A stretch of DNA of 64,000 nt from positions 4,992,001 through 5,056,000 of the forward strand of contig OZ220733.1 in the NCBI GenBank assembly GCA_965116875.1, given 5' to 3'. This stretch comes from Candidatus Latescibacterota bacterium. GTDB lineage: Bacteria; Latescibacterota; UBA2968; GCA-2709665. The first letter of the stretch is position 1, and each line of letters starts with the position of its first letter. Made by a program: the position numbers and the translations under genes. The notes below the pieces were generated by a model that saw only the letters and a list, made by a program, of their open reading frames with translations, searched no databases and was not told the origin of the DNA. Below are positions 1 to 9,889 of this stretch, one piece after another.

Positions 1-195
1 GCCGCCGCACAAATGATGCTCGACGTCCTGGGAGAGACCGAAAGCGCCGTCATCCTGGAAAACGCCATCATCCGGGTCGTCGGCACGAAACTCAAGGGCA
101 TGGGCGCCGGAGAAATGGGCTACAACACCTCGGAAGTAGGCGATCTCATCGCCGACGAGGTCACGCGCGCATCGCATTGGAAAAACAGGGAATGA
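1..195 (+). CDS. leuB: 3-isopropylmalate/isocitrate dehydrogenase family protein, C-terminal part (5' truncated by window)
   Basis: Frame reads AAAQMMLDVLGE...MGYNTSEVGDLIA, the typical C-terminus of beta-decarboxylating dehydrogenases; lies upstream of cimA. Confidence 0.7.
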   Translation, partial: AAAQMMLDVLGETESAVILENAIIRVVGTKLKGMGAGEMGYNTSEVGDLIADEVTRASHWKNRE

Positions 196-363
196 CACAC
201 CTGAATTCTTCAGAAGGGAAGTGGAATCGACCGGGCGGCTGCGACCGCCCGGGCCGCATTGGATCGGCGATTTGCTGATCGCGCGGGCGCGGCCGGCGAG
301 CCGGTCGAGGCGCGCCTGTTCCGGATTCACCGAATCTCCCACCCAATGCACAAGGAGCTTCTG

Positions 364-1971
364 ATGTCCAACCAGGTTCAGATATATGATTCCACCCTCA
401 GAGACGGCGCGCAGGCCGAAGGGATCGCGTTTTCGCTGGATGACAAGCTCACAATCGCACAGCGACTGGACGCCCTCGGCGTTCAATACATCGAGGGCGG
501 ATGGCCGAATCCCACGAACCCAAAGGATATGGAGTTTTTCAATCGCATTCGAGAATTCCCGCTGGAGCATGCGAAGGTTTCCGCCTTTGGCAGTACACGC
601 CGGGCGAACAATCATCCGGAGGACGATGCCATCCTCAATACGCTGCTGCAGGCGGGCACCCGCGTCGTAACGCTCTTCGGCAAGTCCTGGGAACTGCACG
701 TCACCCACGTCCTTCGAACCACTCGCGAAGAGAACCTGAGGCTCGTTCGGGACTCGGTCGAGTTTATTGCATCGAATGGGCGGGAGGTCGTCTACGACGC
801 AGAACATTTCTTCGACGGGTACAGGGCCGATCCTCAATACGCCATCGCGACACTCCTGGCCGCACAGGAGGGTGGCGCCGGCATTCTGGTCCTCTGCGAC
901 ACAAACGGCGGAACGCTGCCGTCGGAACTCAGGGATACCATCGAAGATGTGAAGACAAAGATCGCCGCGCCTTTCGGGATCCACACCCACAACGACGCCG
1001 GCGTCGGCGTCGCCAATGCGCTTGCGGCCGTCGAGCTGGGCGCCATTCAGGTACAGGGGACGTTCAACGGATACGGGGAGCGGTGCGGCAACGCGAACCT
1101 CTGCTCCATTATCCCGAGCCTGGAACTGAAACTCGACAAGTCCAGTATCGGCCCGGAAAAACTCGCGGGACTCATGGACTTCTCCCGTTTTCTCAGCGAA
1201 ATCGCAAACGTCCATCACGATCACCGCCAGCCTTACGTGGGGGAGAGCGCGTTTGCGCACAAGGGCGGCGTTCACATCGATGCCATGGTCAAACAGCCCG
1301 CGACGTACGAACACTGCCGTCCCGAACTGGTGGGCAACGAGCGTCGCTTTCTTTTGTCCGAGCAATCCGGAAGCGCCACCATCGCCGCCAAGCTGAACCA
1401 TCTCCTTCCCGGACTCGACAAGAAACATCCTGCGCTTCAGCGCCTTCTCCGACAGATCAAGCAACTCGAACACGAGGGATACGTCTTTGAAGCTGCGGAA
1501 GCGTCCTTCGAGATTCTGGCGCGGAAAGCGATTGGCGCCATCTCCGATCCATTCCGCCTGATCGGATTCCGCACAATCAACCGGAAGTCGGCTGAAGGAA
1601 CCGAAGTCGAAGCAATCGTCAAGGTCGAGGTGGATGGCCGGGTCTATCACACCGTGGCCGACGGCGACGGTCCGGTGAACGCGCTTGACGCGGCGCTGCG
1701 GCAGGGTCTGGAACCCGTGTACCCGATTCTCAAGGAAGTCCATCTCGAAGACTACAAGGTGCGCGTCCTTTCCACCCGGGACGGCACCGCGGCAAGAGTA
1801 CGCGTGCTCATTGAGTCGTCAGACAGTCATCGGGTCTGGAATACGATCGGCGTGTCCGAGAACATCATTGAAGCCAGCTGGATCGCTCTGGTGGACAGCC
1901 TCACTTACAAGCTGCTCAGAGAGGGCTTTCTGACCGCCAGTGAACCGATCCTGCAGGAAGCGCTCGCATAA
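364..1971 (+). CDS. cimA: citramalate synthase (DRE-TIM metallolyase, LeuA family)
   Basis: YDSTLRDGAQAEG, HTHND, GYGERCGNA, AFAHKGGVH motifs plus C-terminal regulatory domain; AAGGAG RBS before ATG at 364. Confidence 0.9.
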   Translation: MSNQVQIYDSTLRDGAQAEGIAFSLDDKLTIAQRLDALGVQYIEGGWPNPTNPKDMEFFNRIREFPLEHAKVSAFGSTRRANNHPEDDAILNTLLQAGTRVVTLFGKSWELHVTHVLRTTREENLRLVRDSVEFIASNGREVVYDAEHFFDGYRADPQYAIATLLAAQEGGAGILVLCDTNGGTLPSELRDTIEDVKTKIAAPFGIHTHNDAGVGVANALAAVELGAIQVQGTFNGYGERCGNANLCSIIPSLELKLDKSSIGPEKLAGLMDFSRFLSEIANVHHDHRQPYVGESAFAHKGGVHIDAMVKQPATYEHCRPELVGNERRFLLSEQSGSATIAAKLNHLLPGLDKKHPALQRLLRQIKQLEHEGYVFEAAEASFEILARKAIGAISDPFRLIGFRTINRKSAEGTEVEAIVKVEVDGRVYHTVADGDGPVNALDAALRQGLEPVYPILKEVHLEDYKVRVLSTRDGTAARVRVLIESSDSHRVWNTIGVSENIIEASWIALVDSLTYKLLREGFLTASEPILQEALA

Positions 1972-2022
1972 CGACCTTCCGACCCGGGCCGAACGGAATC
2001 GGCTCTGTTTCAGGGTTCATAA

Positions 2023-3195
2023 GTGAAAATTACATCACGCAGAATCGAACGCCTTCCACCGTATGTGTTTGCCGACGTCAACGCGCACAAGATGCGCCTG
2101 CGCCGGCAGGGTATGGACATTATCGACCTGGGTATGGGAAACCCGGACCAGCCTACCCCCGCGCATATTGTCGACAAACTCGTCGAAGTTGCCGGTGATC
2201 CGAAGACCCATCGCTATGCGCCCTCTCAGGGCATCGCCGCGTTGCGCGCGGCCATCTGCCGGCATTACAGGCGTCGCTTCGGCGTCGATCTGGACCCGGA
2301 CACGGAAGCCCTCGCCACCATCGGTTCGAAGGAGGGGCTCGCACACATCTGCCTGGCGCTTCTGGACCCGGGCGATCTCGCAATCGTGCCGAATCCCGCG
2401 TATCCGCTGCATCTCTACGGAGTCGCCATTGCAAACGGCAATGTGCTGAGTCTGCCTCTGCGACAGGAAAAAGAGTTCATTCCCGAGATCCAGATGGTGG
2501 CGAGAGAGCTGTGGCCAAAACCGAAGATGATGATCTTCAATTTCCCCAACAACCCGACGACCGCCACGGTAGACCCCGCTTTCTTTGAAGAAATCGTGGA
2601 CTTTGCGCGGAAGCAGGAAATCGTCATCATCCACGACATGGCGTATTCCGACATTGTTTTCGACGGCTACGAGGCGCCCAGCCTGCTACAGGTAAAAGGG
2701 GCCAAGGAAGTGGGCGTGGAATTCTACACGATGTCCAAGACCTACAACATGGCGGGTTGGCGGGTCGGATTCTGTCTTGGCAATCCGGAAGTCATCGAAG
2801 CGTTGAAAACCATCAAGCACTACTACGACTACGGTATCTTTACGCCCATCCAGGTTGCCGCTATCGCCGCTCTGGACGGTCCCCAGGACTGCGTTGCCCA
2901 GGCCGCCGACATCTATCGATCCAGGCGCGACGTTCTGGTGGAGGGACTCAACCGGATCGGCTGGCCCGTGTTCAAACCCAAAGCGTCCATGTTCATCTGG
3001 ACTCAGATTCCCGACAAATACCGCTACCTGGGCTCGATGAAGTTTTCGCTCAAAATGATGGAGGAAGCGGAAGTCGCCGTTTCACCCGGAATCGGTTTCG
3101 GCGACATGGGCGAGGGTTACGTGCGTATTTCCCTCATCGAGAACGAGCACCGAATCCGACAGGCGGTAAGGAACATCAAGCGGGCTTTCTTCTGA
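2023..3195 (+). CDS. class I/II PLP aminotransferase (AlaC / LL-DAP aminotransferase-like)
   Basis: DIIDLGMGNPD, NFPNNPT, HDMAY, SKTYNMAGWRVG motifs. Confidence 0.85.
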   Translation: MKITSRRIERLPPYVFADVNAHKMRLRRQGMDIIDLGMGNPDQPTPAHIVDKLVEVAGDPKTHRYAPSQGIAALRAAICRHYRRRFGVDLDPDTEALATIGSKEGLAHICLALLDPGDLAIVPNPAYPLHLYGVAIANGNVLSLPLRQEKEFIPEIQMVARELWPKPKMMIFNFPNNPTTATVDPAFFEEIVDFARKQEIVIIHDMAYSDIVFDGYEAPSLLQVKGAKEVGVEFYTMSKTYNMAGWRVGFCLGNPEVIEALKTIKHYYDYGIFTPIQVAAIAALDGPQDCVAQAADIYRSRRDVLVEGLNRIGWPVFKPKASMFIWTQIPDKYRYLGSMKFSLKMMEEAEVAVSPGIGFGDMGEGYVRISLIENEHRIRQAVRNIKRAFF

Positions 3196-3206
3196 AAGGT
3201 TCGGCT

Positions 3207-4400
3207 TTGAAAGTCACCGAAGGCCGTTGTATCCGCCCCGAAGGCTTTCGCGCATCCGGAGTGGCCTGCGGCCTGAAGCCGGAGGGCCGGGATCTCGCCC
3301 TTATCACGTCGGACAGACCCGCGGCAGCGGCGGGTGTGTTTACCACAAACCGGGTACAGGCGGCGCCGATTCAGCTGAACAGGGAACACCTGGCGGACAA
3401 TACCGCCCAAGCCATTGTCGTCAACAGCAGGAACGCCAATGCCTGCACGGGCGAACGGGGTCTGTCCGATGCCCGGCAGACGGCCCGCGAGGTGGCGCGT
3501 GAGCTCAACGTTGCGGCGGAATACGTGCTTGTCAACTCAACGGGCGTTATCGGCGTACCACTTCCCATGGACAAGATCCGGTCGGGCATCCCCGCGGCGG
3601 TCCGGGATCTTCGCGAAGATGGCTGGGCGGACGCCGCCGCTGCCATGATGACCACCGATACGGTACCGAAGATGGCATCGGTCCGAATGCACCTGGAAGA
3701 ATGCATCGTCACCGTCTGCGGCATCGCGAAGGGTGCTGGCATGATCGCTCCCGACATGGCCACCATGCTCGGATTCGTCGCAACGGACGTTCGAATCGAT
3801 CCGGACCCACTGGAAAAATGCCTTCGAGACGCCGTGGACCGGTCATTCAACTGCATTACGGTGGACGGCGACACGAGTACGAATGACACGGTTCTCCTGC
3901 TGGCCAACGGCGCCGCTTGTGAACGAGCGCTTTCCCCTGGCGAAGTCACGTCATTTCAGGCAGGATTGAACGCCGTCTGCGTCAGTCTGGCCAGACAGAT
4001 CGCCCGTGACGGCGAAGGCGCAACGAAGCTCATCACCATCCGGGTCGACGGAGCCGCGTCCACCGCTGATGCCCGGACCGTGGGGCTTTCCGTGGGCAAC
4101 TCGAAGCTCGTCAAGACCGCCGTCTTCGGCCGGGATCCGAATTGGGGCCGTATTCTCTGCGCAATCGGGTACGCCGGCGTTCCTGTCAATCCGGACGAAA
4201 TCTCCGTTTCGATGGCCGGCATTCCGATTTACGGTCAGGGCCGCGGCCTGCGCTTCGATGCGGACGACGCGATACGGGCATTGTCGGCAAGCGATATCGA
4301 CATCGAAATCAGCCTCGGCCAGGGAAACTGGTCCGCCACAACTTACACGTGCGACCTGACGTACGACTACGTCCGTATCAACGCCGAATACACCACCTGA
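3207..4400 (+). CDS. argJ: bifunctional ornithine acetyltransferase / N-acetylglutamate synthase
   Basis: GVFTTN, NANACTG, STGVIG, KGAGMIAPDMATML, DGDTSTND, INAEYTT motifs; TTG start at 3207 inferred. Confidence 0.93.
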   Translation: MKVTEGRCIRPEGFRASGVACGLKPEGRDLALITSDRPAAAAGVFTTNRVQAAPIQLNREHLADNTAQAIVVNSRNANACTGERGLSDARQTAREVARELNVAAEYVLVNSTGVIGVPLPMDKIRSGIPAAVRDLREDGWADAAAAMMTTDTVPKMASVRMHLEECIVTVCGIAKGAGMIAPDMATMLGFVATDVRIDPDPLEKCLRDAVDRSFNCITVDGDTSTNDTVLLLANGAACERALSPGEVTSFQAGLNAVCVSLARQIARDGEGATKLITIRVDGAASTADARTVGLSVGNSKLVKTAVFGRDPNWGRILCAIGYAGVPVNPDEISVSMAGIPIYGQGRGLRFDADDAIRALSASDIDIEISLGQGNWSATTYTCDLTYDYVRINAEYTT

Positions 4401-4486
4401 ATGGACGTATGGCATGACTGCCGTCCAGGAACGAACGGCAGTTCGCGCGAACGCTGTCCACGATATTCCGATACGTCCTGACATCT

Positions 4487-5695
4487 ATGACAATCCATAC
4501 GATGAACAAGGCCGTCCCCACTTTTTCCGATCGCGTGCTCGACGTCGATGAATCGCTTACGGTAGCCACCTTCGCCAGGATGGGGGAACTGAAACGCAGG
4601 GGCGCGGACATCATTTCTCTGGTAGCCGGTGAACCCGATTTCGATACCCCGGCCAATGTCAAGAAAGCCGCGATCCGGGCCATTGACAAGGGATACACGA
4701 AGTACACGGCGCCTGCATCGGGCCTGCCCGAACTCAGACAGGCAATCGCACGAAAGCTGAAGATGGAGAACGATCTGGAATACGACCCGTCCCAGATTGT
4801 TGTTACGTGCGGCGCCAAGCAGGTGATATTCGACGCGGTGGTCGCGCTGATCAACCCAGGAGACGAGGCCATTATCCCCTCCCCGTTCTGGGTCAGCTAT
4901 GCCGATCAGGTCCGGCTGATGGGCGGGCGACCGGTCATATTGCATACATCCGAGGAGACAGGTTACCGGCTGACTCCCCACGCTCTTGCAAATGCCATCA
5001 CGTCGAGGACAAAGATCCTGTTTCTGAACAGCCCTTGCAACCCGACCGGTGAAGTCTACACGCCCGGTGAACTGGGCGCACTTGGGGACGTCATCTCGGA
5101 CGCCGGCATCTTTGTGATTTCAGACGAGATATACGAAAAAATCACCTACGATCCCGCCCGGCACGTCTCCATCGCCGCAGCGCACCCCGGGGCCGGATGC
5201 AGGACCCTCGTTGTCAACGGATTTTCCAAAGCGTACGCGATGACGGGATGGCGTGTGGGCTATGGCGCGGGTCCGCCCGATCTGATGCGGTTGATCGCCA
5301 GAGTACAGAGCCAGGAAACCACCAACACCTGCACCATTTCCCAGGTTGCGGCCATCGAAGCGCTCACGGGAACCCAGGAGACCGTGGAAACCATGCGGGA
5401 CGCATTTCAAGAGCGCCGCGATCTGATCGTTGCGCGCCTGAATCGCATGCCGGGCGTCTCGTGTCGCCTTCCTCAAGGCGCTTTTTACGCATTTCCAAAC
5501 GTGTCCGGTCTGTACGGCGACCGTGTCAGGAACGACGTCGAACTCACGAATTATCTGCTGGACGAGGCCATGACGGGATGCGTTCCCGGCAGCGGTTTCG
5601 GTTCCGGAGACCACCTGCGTTTTTCGTATGCCGCGTCTCTGCCAATGATTCACGAAGCCATGGACCGCGTCGAGGATGCCGTCAGCAGGATTTGA
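4487..5695 (+). CDS. aspartate aminotransferase family PLP enzyme
   Basis: GEPDFDTP, NSPCNPTG, SDEIYE, FSKAYAMTGWRVG motifs. Confidence 0.88.
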   Translation: MTIHTMNKAVPTFSDRVLDVDESLTVATFARMGELKRRGADIISLVAGEPDFDTPANVKKAAIRAIDKGYTKYTAPASGLPELRQAIARKLKMENDLEYDPSQIVVTCGAKQVIFDAVVALINPGDEAIIPSPFWVSYADQVRLMGGRPVILHTSEETGYRLTPHALANAITSRTKILFLNSPCNPTGEVYTPGELGALGDVISDAGIFVISDEIYEKITYDPARHVSIAAAHPGAGCRTLVVNGFSKAYAMTGWRVGYGAGPPDLMRLIARVQSQETTNTCTISQVAAIEALTGTQETVETMRDAFQERRDLIVARLNRMPGVSCRLPQGAFYAFPNVSGLYGDRVRNDVELTNYLLDEAMTGCVPGSGFGSGDHLRFSYAASLPMIHEAMDRVEDAVSRI

Positions 5696-5718
5696 ACGCC
5701 CGGAAAGGACAACTGAGC

Positions 5719-6684
5719 ATGAATGGCAAGAAGAAAATCTACCTGGACTTCGAGCGTCCTATTGCTGCCCTGGACAGGAAAATCGAGGAACTCAAGGCGC
5801 GCGCCGAGGCTGAGCCAGGTGAGGTTGAGGGCGAGTTGTCCGCCCTGGAGAAGCGGTTGCAAAAGGTGGAAAAGGACGTTTATGCGGACATGAGCAGGTG
5901 GCAGATATACCAGGTGGCGGGGCACCCACAGCGCCCTCATACGCTCGACTATATCCGATTGATATTCACCGACTTCATGGAACTTCACGGAGACCGGAAT
6001 TATCGGGACGATCCGGCGGTCGTAAGCGGCTTCGCCCGTCTCGACGGACAGCCACTTCTTGTCCTGGGTACGCAAAAGGGGCGCAACACCACGGAAAACA
6101 TCCATCGAAACTTCGGCATGGCGCACCCTGAAGGGTATCGCAAAGCCCTCCGCGTAATGAAACTCGCCGCCAAATTCAAACGACCGGTCCTCTGTCTGAT
6201 CGATACGCCCGGAGCGTATCCCGGCATCGGATCGGAGGAGCGAAGCGTCTCGGAAGCCATCGCCAGGAATCTCTTTGAAATCTCGCGTCTTCCGGTCCCC
6301 ATCATCGTGGTCATTATCGGGGAAGGCGCAAGCGGCGGCGCGCTCGGCATCGGCGTCGGCGACCGAATCCTGATGCTGGAGAACGCGTGGTACTCCGTCA
6401 TCAACCCCCAGTCCTGCTCTCTCATTCTCTGGAGGAACCGCGACAAGAAAGAAGAGGCCGCCGAGGCGTTGAAGATAACCGCACAGGACCTCGTCCCTCT
6501 CGGGATCGTCGATCGAATTGTGCCCGAGCCCTTTGGCGGCGCGCATAGAGATCCGAAGACGGCCGGTCAGAATCTGAAGCGAATCCTGTCGGACGAACTT
6601 CAGAATTTGCTGCGCAAACGACCTGAGGAACTGATCCAGGAGCGCGTTGACAAATTCGGTCGCATGGGCGTCTGGGACGAGTGA
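5719..6684 (+). CDS. accA: acetyl-CoA carboxylase carboxyltransferase alpha subunit
   Basis: YLDFERPI, ELHGDR, FGMAHPEGYRKALR, IDTPGAYPG, GEGASGGALG; GAAAGGA RBS before ATG 5719. Confidence 0.95.
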   Translation: MNGKKKIYLDFERPIAALDRKIEELKARAEAEPGEVEGELSALEKRLQKVEKDVYADMSRWQIYQVAGHPQRPHTLDYIRLIFTDFMELHGDRNYRDDPAVVSGFARLDGQPLLVLGTQKGRNTTENIHRNFGMAHPEGYRKALRVMKLAAKFKRPVLCLIDTPGAYPGIGSEERSVSEAIARNLFEISRLPVPIIVVIIGEGASGGALGIGVGDRILMLENAWYSVINPQSCSLILWRNRDKKEEAAEALKITAQDLVPLGIVDRIVPEPFGGAHRDPKTAGQNLKRILSDELQNLLRKRPEELIQERVDKFGRMGVWDE

Positions 6685-6741
6685 CCCGCCGGCGCCGTCG
6701 CGGCACCCCTTCTGTGACATCGGAACACATATGAAATCAGC

Positions 6742-6774
6742 AAAAAATGGGCCACTGGTTGGCCGCTTTTTTTT
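6742..6774 (+). terminator. intrinsic terminator after accA (possibly bidirectional)
   Basis: A6-TG-GGCCA-ctggt-TGGCC-GC-T8. Confidence 0.65.
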
Positions 6775-6931
6775 AAGCACGAAAACCCTGCGCCTCGGGA
6801 ATTCACTAACTTGCTGTTTACGTGGGGGGTTCCGCAATTCGACCGGAAATGGGGAATTTTTCCGGCGAAAAAGGCGCCTCACATACCGCCTCCACACGAA
6901 AAAAAACATTCACAACGTGCAGCCGATTGAG

Positions 6932-6944
6932 TATCAATATCTTA
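6932..6944 (+). promoter_or_regulatory. IHF-like binding site
   Basis: TATCAAtatcTTA matches WATCAANNNNTTR exactly. Confidence 0.5.
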
Positions 6945-6990
6945 TGTGAAAGTTGCGGGTTTCGCACGTTCTTTTTTATCAAATTACCCC

Positions 6991-7019
6991 TTGACGACTC
7001 CCCGATCGGACTATATATT
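6991..7019 (+). promoter_or_regulatory. sigma70-type promoter
   Basis: TTGACG-17 nt-TATATT preceded by an A/T-rich UP-like tract. Confidence 0.65.
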
Positions 7020-7025
7020 TCAATC

Positions 7026-7466
7026 GTGCTTGCCAAGAGCCTGTTTGCGCATAAGGCATTGTCTTGGAGCAAGTTACATACTTCGGATCCGTGCGTCTTT
7101 TCCACAGATATTCCCATGCAAAGACGGCCGGATTCGAAGAGGCACCGGGAGATGGCCGAGGTTCGTTTTCACGTTGGGCAGGACCCCGGATCATACCGGT
7201 TCAATTGATTGAAATTGCGCATTTTCGGCGCCAGATTCTCAGGCGTTCATTGCATGAATGGGCGGCATGGCCGTTTCCGGGATTCGCTTCAGCACCTGAT
7301 CCAGCCTGGGGGAAGTTGAAAGCATCGGCTCTTTGGTTGGCGGCAGTCTTATTGGGGGAGATAATACTGCCGGCTATACCTACTCAATCAGAACTGCTGC
7401 TTTTCTTCCAATGCATCGTGGCTCAGTGCTGATTCGGCATTCCTGGACGGCTATCCGCCCATTTTA
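7026..7466 (+). ncRNA. candidate large structured non-coding RNA (family unknown; 3' part is a 6S-like rod)
   Basis: Hairpins at 7028-7074, 7081-7139, 7144-7200, 7227-7247 and a 207-nt rod at 7257-7463; G-U pairs favour the + strand; promoter upstream, U-run after; no credible ORF. Confidence 0.6.
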
Positions 7467-7522
7467 GCATGGTCAGTTCAACCCTCCACCCAACACCCGC
7501 CGCGACGGTTCCTTTCGCTTCG

Positions 7523-9889
7523 TCACCGCCCTTCCAGCCATCCCCGGGCGTCGATTCCCTTTTCATCGATCCGGATCTCTACGGCGCCGACCTCGTCGGT
7601 CCTGTAGATGGAAATCCCCATTGCCTCGCAGCGCTGGATCACCTCGCGGGACGGATGGCGGAATCTGTTCCGGACACCGCACGAGATGGCCACAAGATCC
7701 GGTCGTACTGCGCTCAGGAAAGCAGCGGTGGACGAAGTTCGGGATCCATGGTGCGCCGCCTTCAGCACCTCGGCATGCAGCAGATCCCCCCACCGCAGGA
7801 GATCCGGATCCGTTTCATGCTCAATGTCGCCCGTCAGCAGAACAGCAGAGCCTCCATGCTTCAGTCGGATCACCACGGAACCGTTGTTCAGGCCCATCGG
7901 CGCAGCGCCATGCCTCGAAACGTAATCCGGCGTCGGATGCAGTACGAGGGCGTCCACACCGCCCAGCCCTCCAAGCCGGTCTCCCGCCTCGATCGTCATA
8001 TAGCGTACGCCCTTTTCCCGGATCAGAGTCCGGATCCGACGGGCGGTCCATGAGTCGTAGAATTGCCCGGCGTCGAGGTACCAGCCAACTTCCACCCTTT
8101 CCAGGAGCGTCACGAATCCACCAATGTGATCGCTGTGGGGATGAGACGCGACCACGGCGTCGATCCGGTTGATTCCCTCAGCCTTGAGAAACGGGATCAG
8201 TACCCGTTCACCCATGTCGATGTTCAACGCGCGCAAGCCGCTGTCTACCAGCATCGTCCTCCCGTTCGGGAACCTTATAAATATCCCGTCGCCCTGGCCC
8301 ACGTCCAGTACCAGCATACGCAGGTCAGCGGGGCGCGGCCACACTCCCGACCAGACCCAGAGATTCGCAAGTGACAGTCCCGCGATCACAAGCCGCCGGC
8401 CCCACGGTCCGGACCTCGTCTCCGGAAGAATCAGAAGCGCGGCACACAGATACAGCCCTGTTACAGTCCATCCGGGTCCTCGCATTTCCACGGCGGCCCA
8501 CGCCGGCGAGGCGAACCATTCCGCGGTCTGGATGGCGCCCTTCAGGACAGCCCAGTTCGCACCGTTCAACAACGACGCGACCGGCGCAGACACGTGATAG
8601 ACGATGACCCCAAGCAACCCCAGCGCAACGGCGGCCGCCATCAGAGGTACCACAATCAGGTTGGCGAGGATAGAGACCACCGAGAGAAGTCCGAAATAGG
8701 TCAGCACGAGAGGGAGCGTGCCTATCTGTGCGGCCAACGACACCGCGAGCGGCGCCCATACCCAATGACCGATGCCGCCCTCGCCGGCCCCGGGCAGGCA
8801 GCCGCGGACAGGCCGATAGAAAATCAGGATTCCACCGGTCGCGGAAAAAGAGAGCTGAAAGCCAACGTCGAACAGGTCCTGCGGCCTGAAAATCAGGATG
8901 ACCAGGGCTGCCAGGCCGAGAGAATTGAGTCCCTCGCCCTGCGTGTTTCCCAGGCGCCCCCAGATGGTAATCGCGCACATCATGGATGCCCGGACAACCG
9001 ATGGCGGCAGGCCCGTGACCAGCGCATAGAGCAGCACAGCGCCTATGGTGGCCCAGGCGGTCGCCTTCCTTCCGCATCCGACCGCGCCGAGTGCAAAAAA
9101 CACCACCGCGGCAATCAGGCCAACGTGCAGGCCCGAGACCGCGAGTACGTGGTTGACCCCGGCCCGGGTAAACGCGGTACGGACGGGGTCGGGAACCCCG
9201 CGTTTTTCGCCCAGCAGGATCCCGTTCAACAGCCCTGCCGGACCACCGGACAGATTGCACGCGACCCCGGCGCGCACGCCTCTGCGCACCGGCAGCACCA
9301 CGTACGTCCACAGCCAGCCTCCCCTGCCCGGGCGGATTTCGAGAATCTGTTCCCTCCTTGACAAGGAGCCCATGGCATGGATTCCCTTCCGCTCCAGGAA
9401 GGCGCGGTAATCGAACGCGCCCGGATTCCTGGATGGATGGGGACGGCGAAGGTGCAACCGCGTCGTCAGACGGTCCCCATAATCCACGTCCGGCCGGAAC
9501 TTGCGGAACCGCAGGAGAACCGTTCCCTGAATCGCATACACTGTGTCGCCAACGGTGATCCGCTCTGAGGCGACCCGAAGGCGCAACCCGTCTTCCATCC
9601 ATTCGGGTTCCTCAGCCGCGCGCCCGTCAAGCACGACAGGACGGTCTCGTCCGGCAAACCGTGCGACGTGGTCTTCGGGCAACCCCTTCATCACGCTTTC
9701 GTATCGCATCGCCCCCAGAACGAGCAGCAGGGCTGCCGGCCACGCGCAATGGGTCCTCGCGCTGACCAGGCACACCATCCAGAGCCCGAGGCCACCTGTC
9801 CACAGCGCCCACACGGGCACGTCCAGACGATGTGCCATGAACACCCCCGCGGCAAAGAACGCCGCGGACAGCAGCGCCGGACGCCGCAT
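7523..9889 (-). CDS. comEC: DNA internalization competence protein ComEC/Rec2
   Basis: RNPGAFDY, HVLAVSGLHVG, SVVRAS, GFQLSF, and MBL domain DVGQGD, SHPHSDHIGG, HHGSRTS. Confidence 0.93.
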   Translation of the reverse strand: MRRPALLSAAFFAAGVFMAHRLDVPVWALWTGGLGLWMVCLVSARTHCAWPAALLLVLGAMRYESVMKGLPEDHVARFAGRDRPVVLDGRAAEEPEWMEDGLRLRVASERITVGDTVYAIQGTVLLRFRKFRPDVDYGDRLTTRLHLRRPHPSRNPGAFDYRAFLERKGIHAMGSLSRREQILEIRPGRGGWLWTYVVLPVRRGVRAGVACNLSGGPAGLLNGILLGEKRGVPDPVRTAFTRAGVNHVLAVSGLHVGLIAAVVFFALGAVGCGRKATAWATIGAVLLYALVTGLPPSVVRASMMCAITIWGRLGNTQGEGLNSLGLAALVILIFRPQDLFDVGFQLSFSATGGILIFYRPVRGCLPGAGEGGIGHWVWAPLAVSLAAQIGTLPLVLTYFGLLSVVSILANLIVVPLMAAAVALGLLGVIVYHVSAPVASLLNGANWAVLKGAIQTAEWFASPAWAAVEMRGPGWTVTGLYLCAALLILPETRSGPWGRRLVIAGLSLANLWVWSGVWPRPADLRMLVLDVGQGDGIFIRFPNGRTMLVDSGLRALNIDMGERVLIPFLKAEGINRIDAVVASHPHSDHIGGFVTLLERVEVGWYLDAGQFYDSWTARRIRTLIREKGVRYMTIEAGDRLGGLGGVDALVLHPTPDYVSRHGAAPMGLNNGSVVIRLKHGGSAVLLTGDIEHETDPDLLRWGDLLHAEVLKAAHHGSRTSSTAAFLSAVRPDLVAISCGVRNRFRHPSREVIQRCEAMGISIYRTDEVGAVEIRIDEKGIDARGWLEGR

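Noticed and set aside
231-252. GC hairpin between leuB and cimA as a leucine attenuator or T-box
   Set aside because: No Leu-rich leader peptide, U-tract or T-box motif seen; only a simple stem
259-363. N-terminal extensions in the ORF track (cimA; likewise argJ, accA, truA, M24, Omp85)
   Set aside because: Family homology and RBS positions support the later starts
7064-7432. 122-aa ORF over the structured region
   Set aside because: TTG start, no RBS, no recognisable motif; the pairing pattern is better explained by RNA structure
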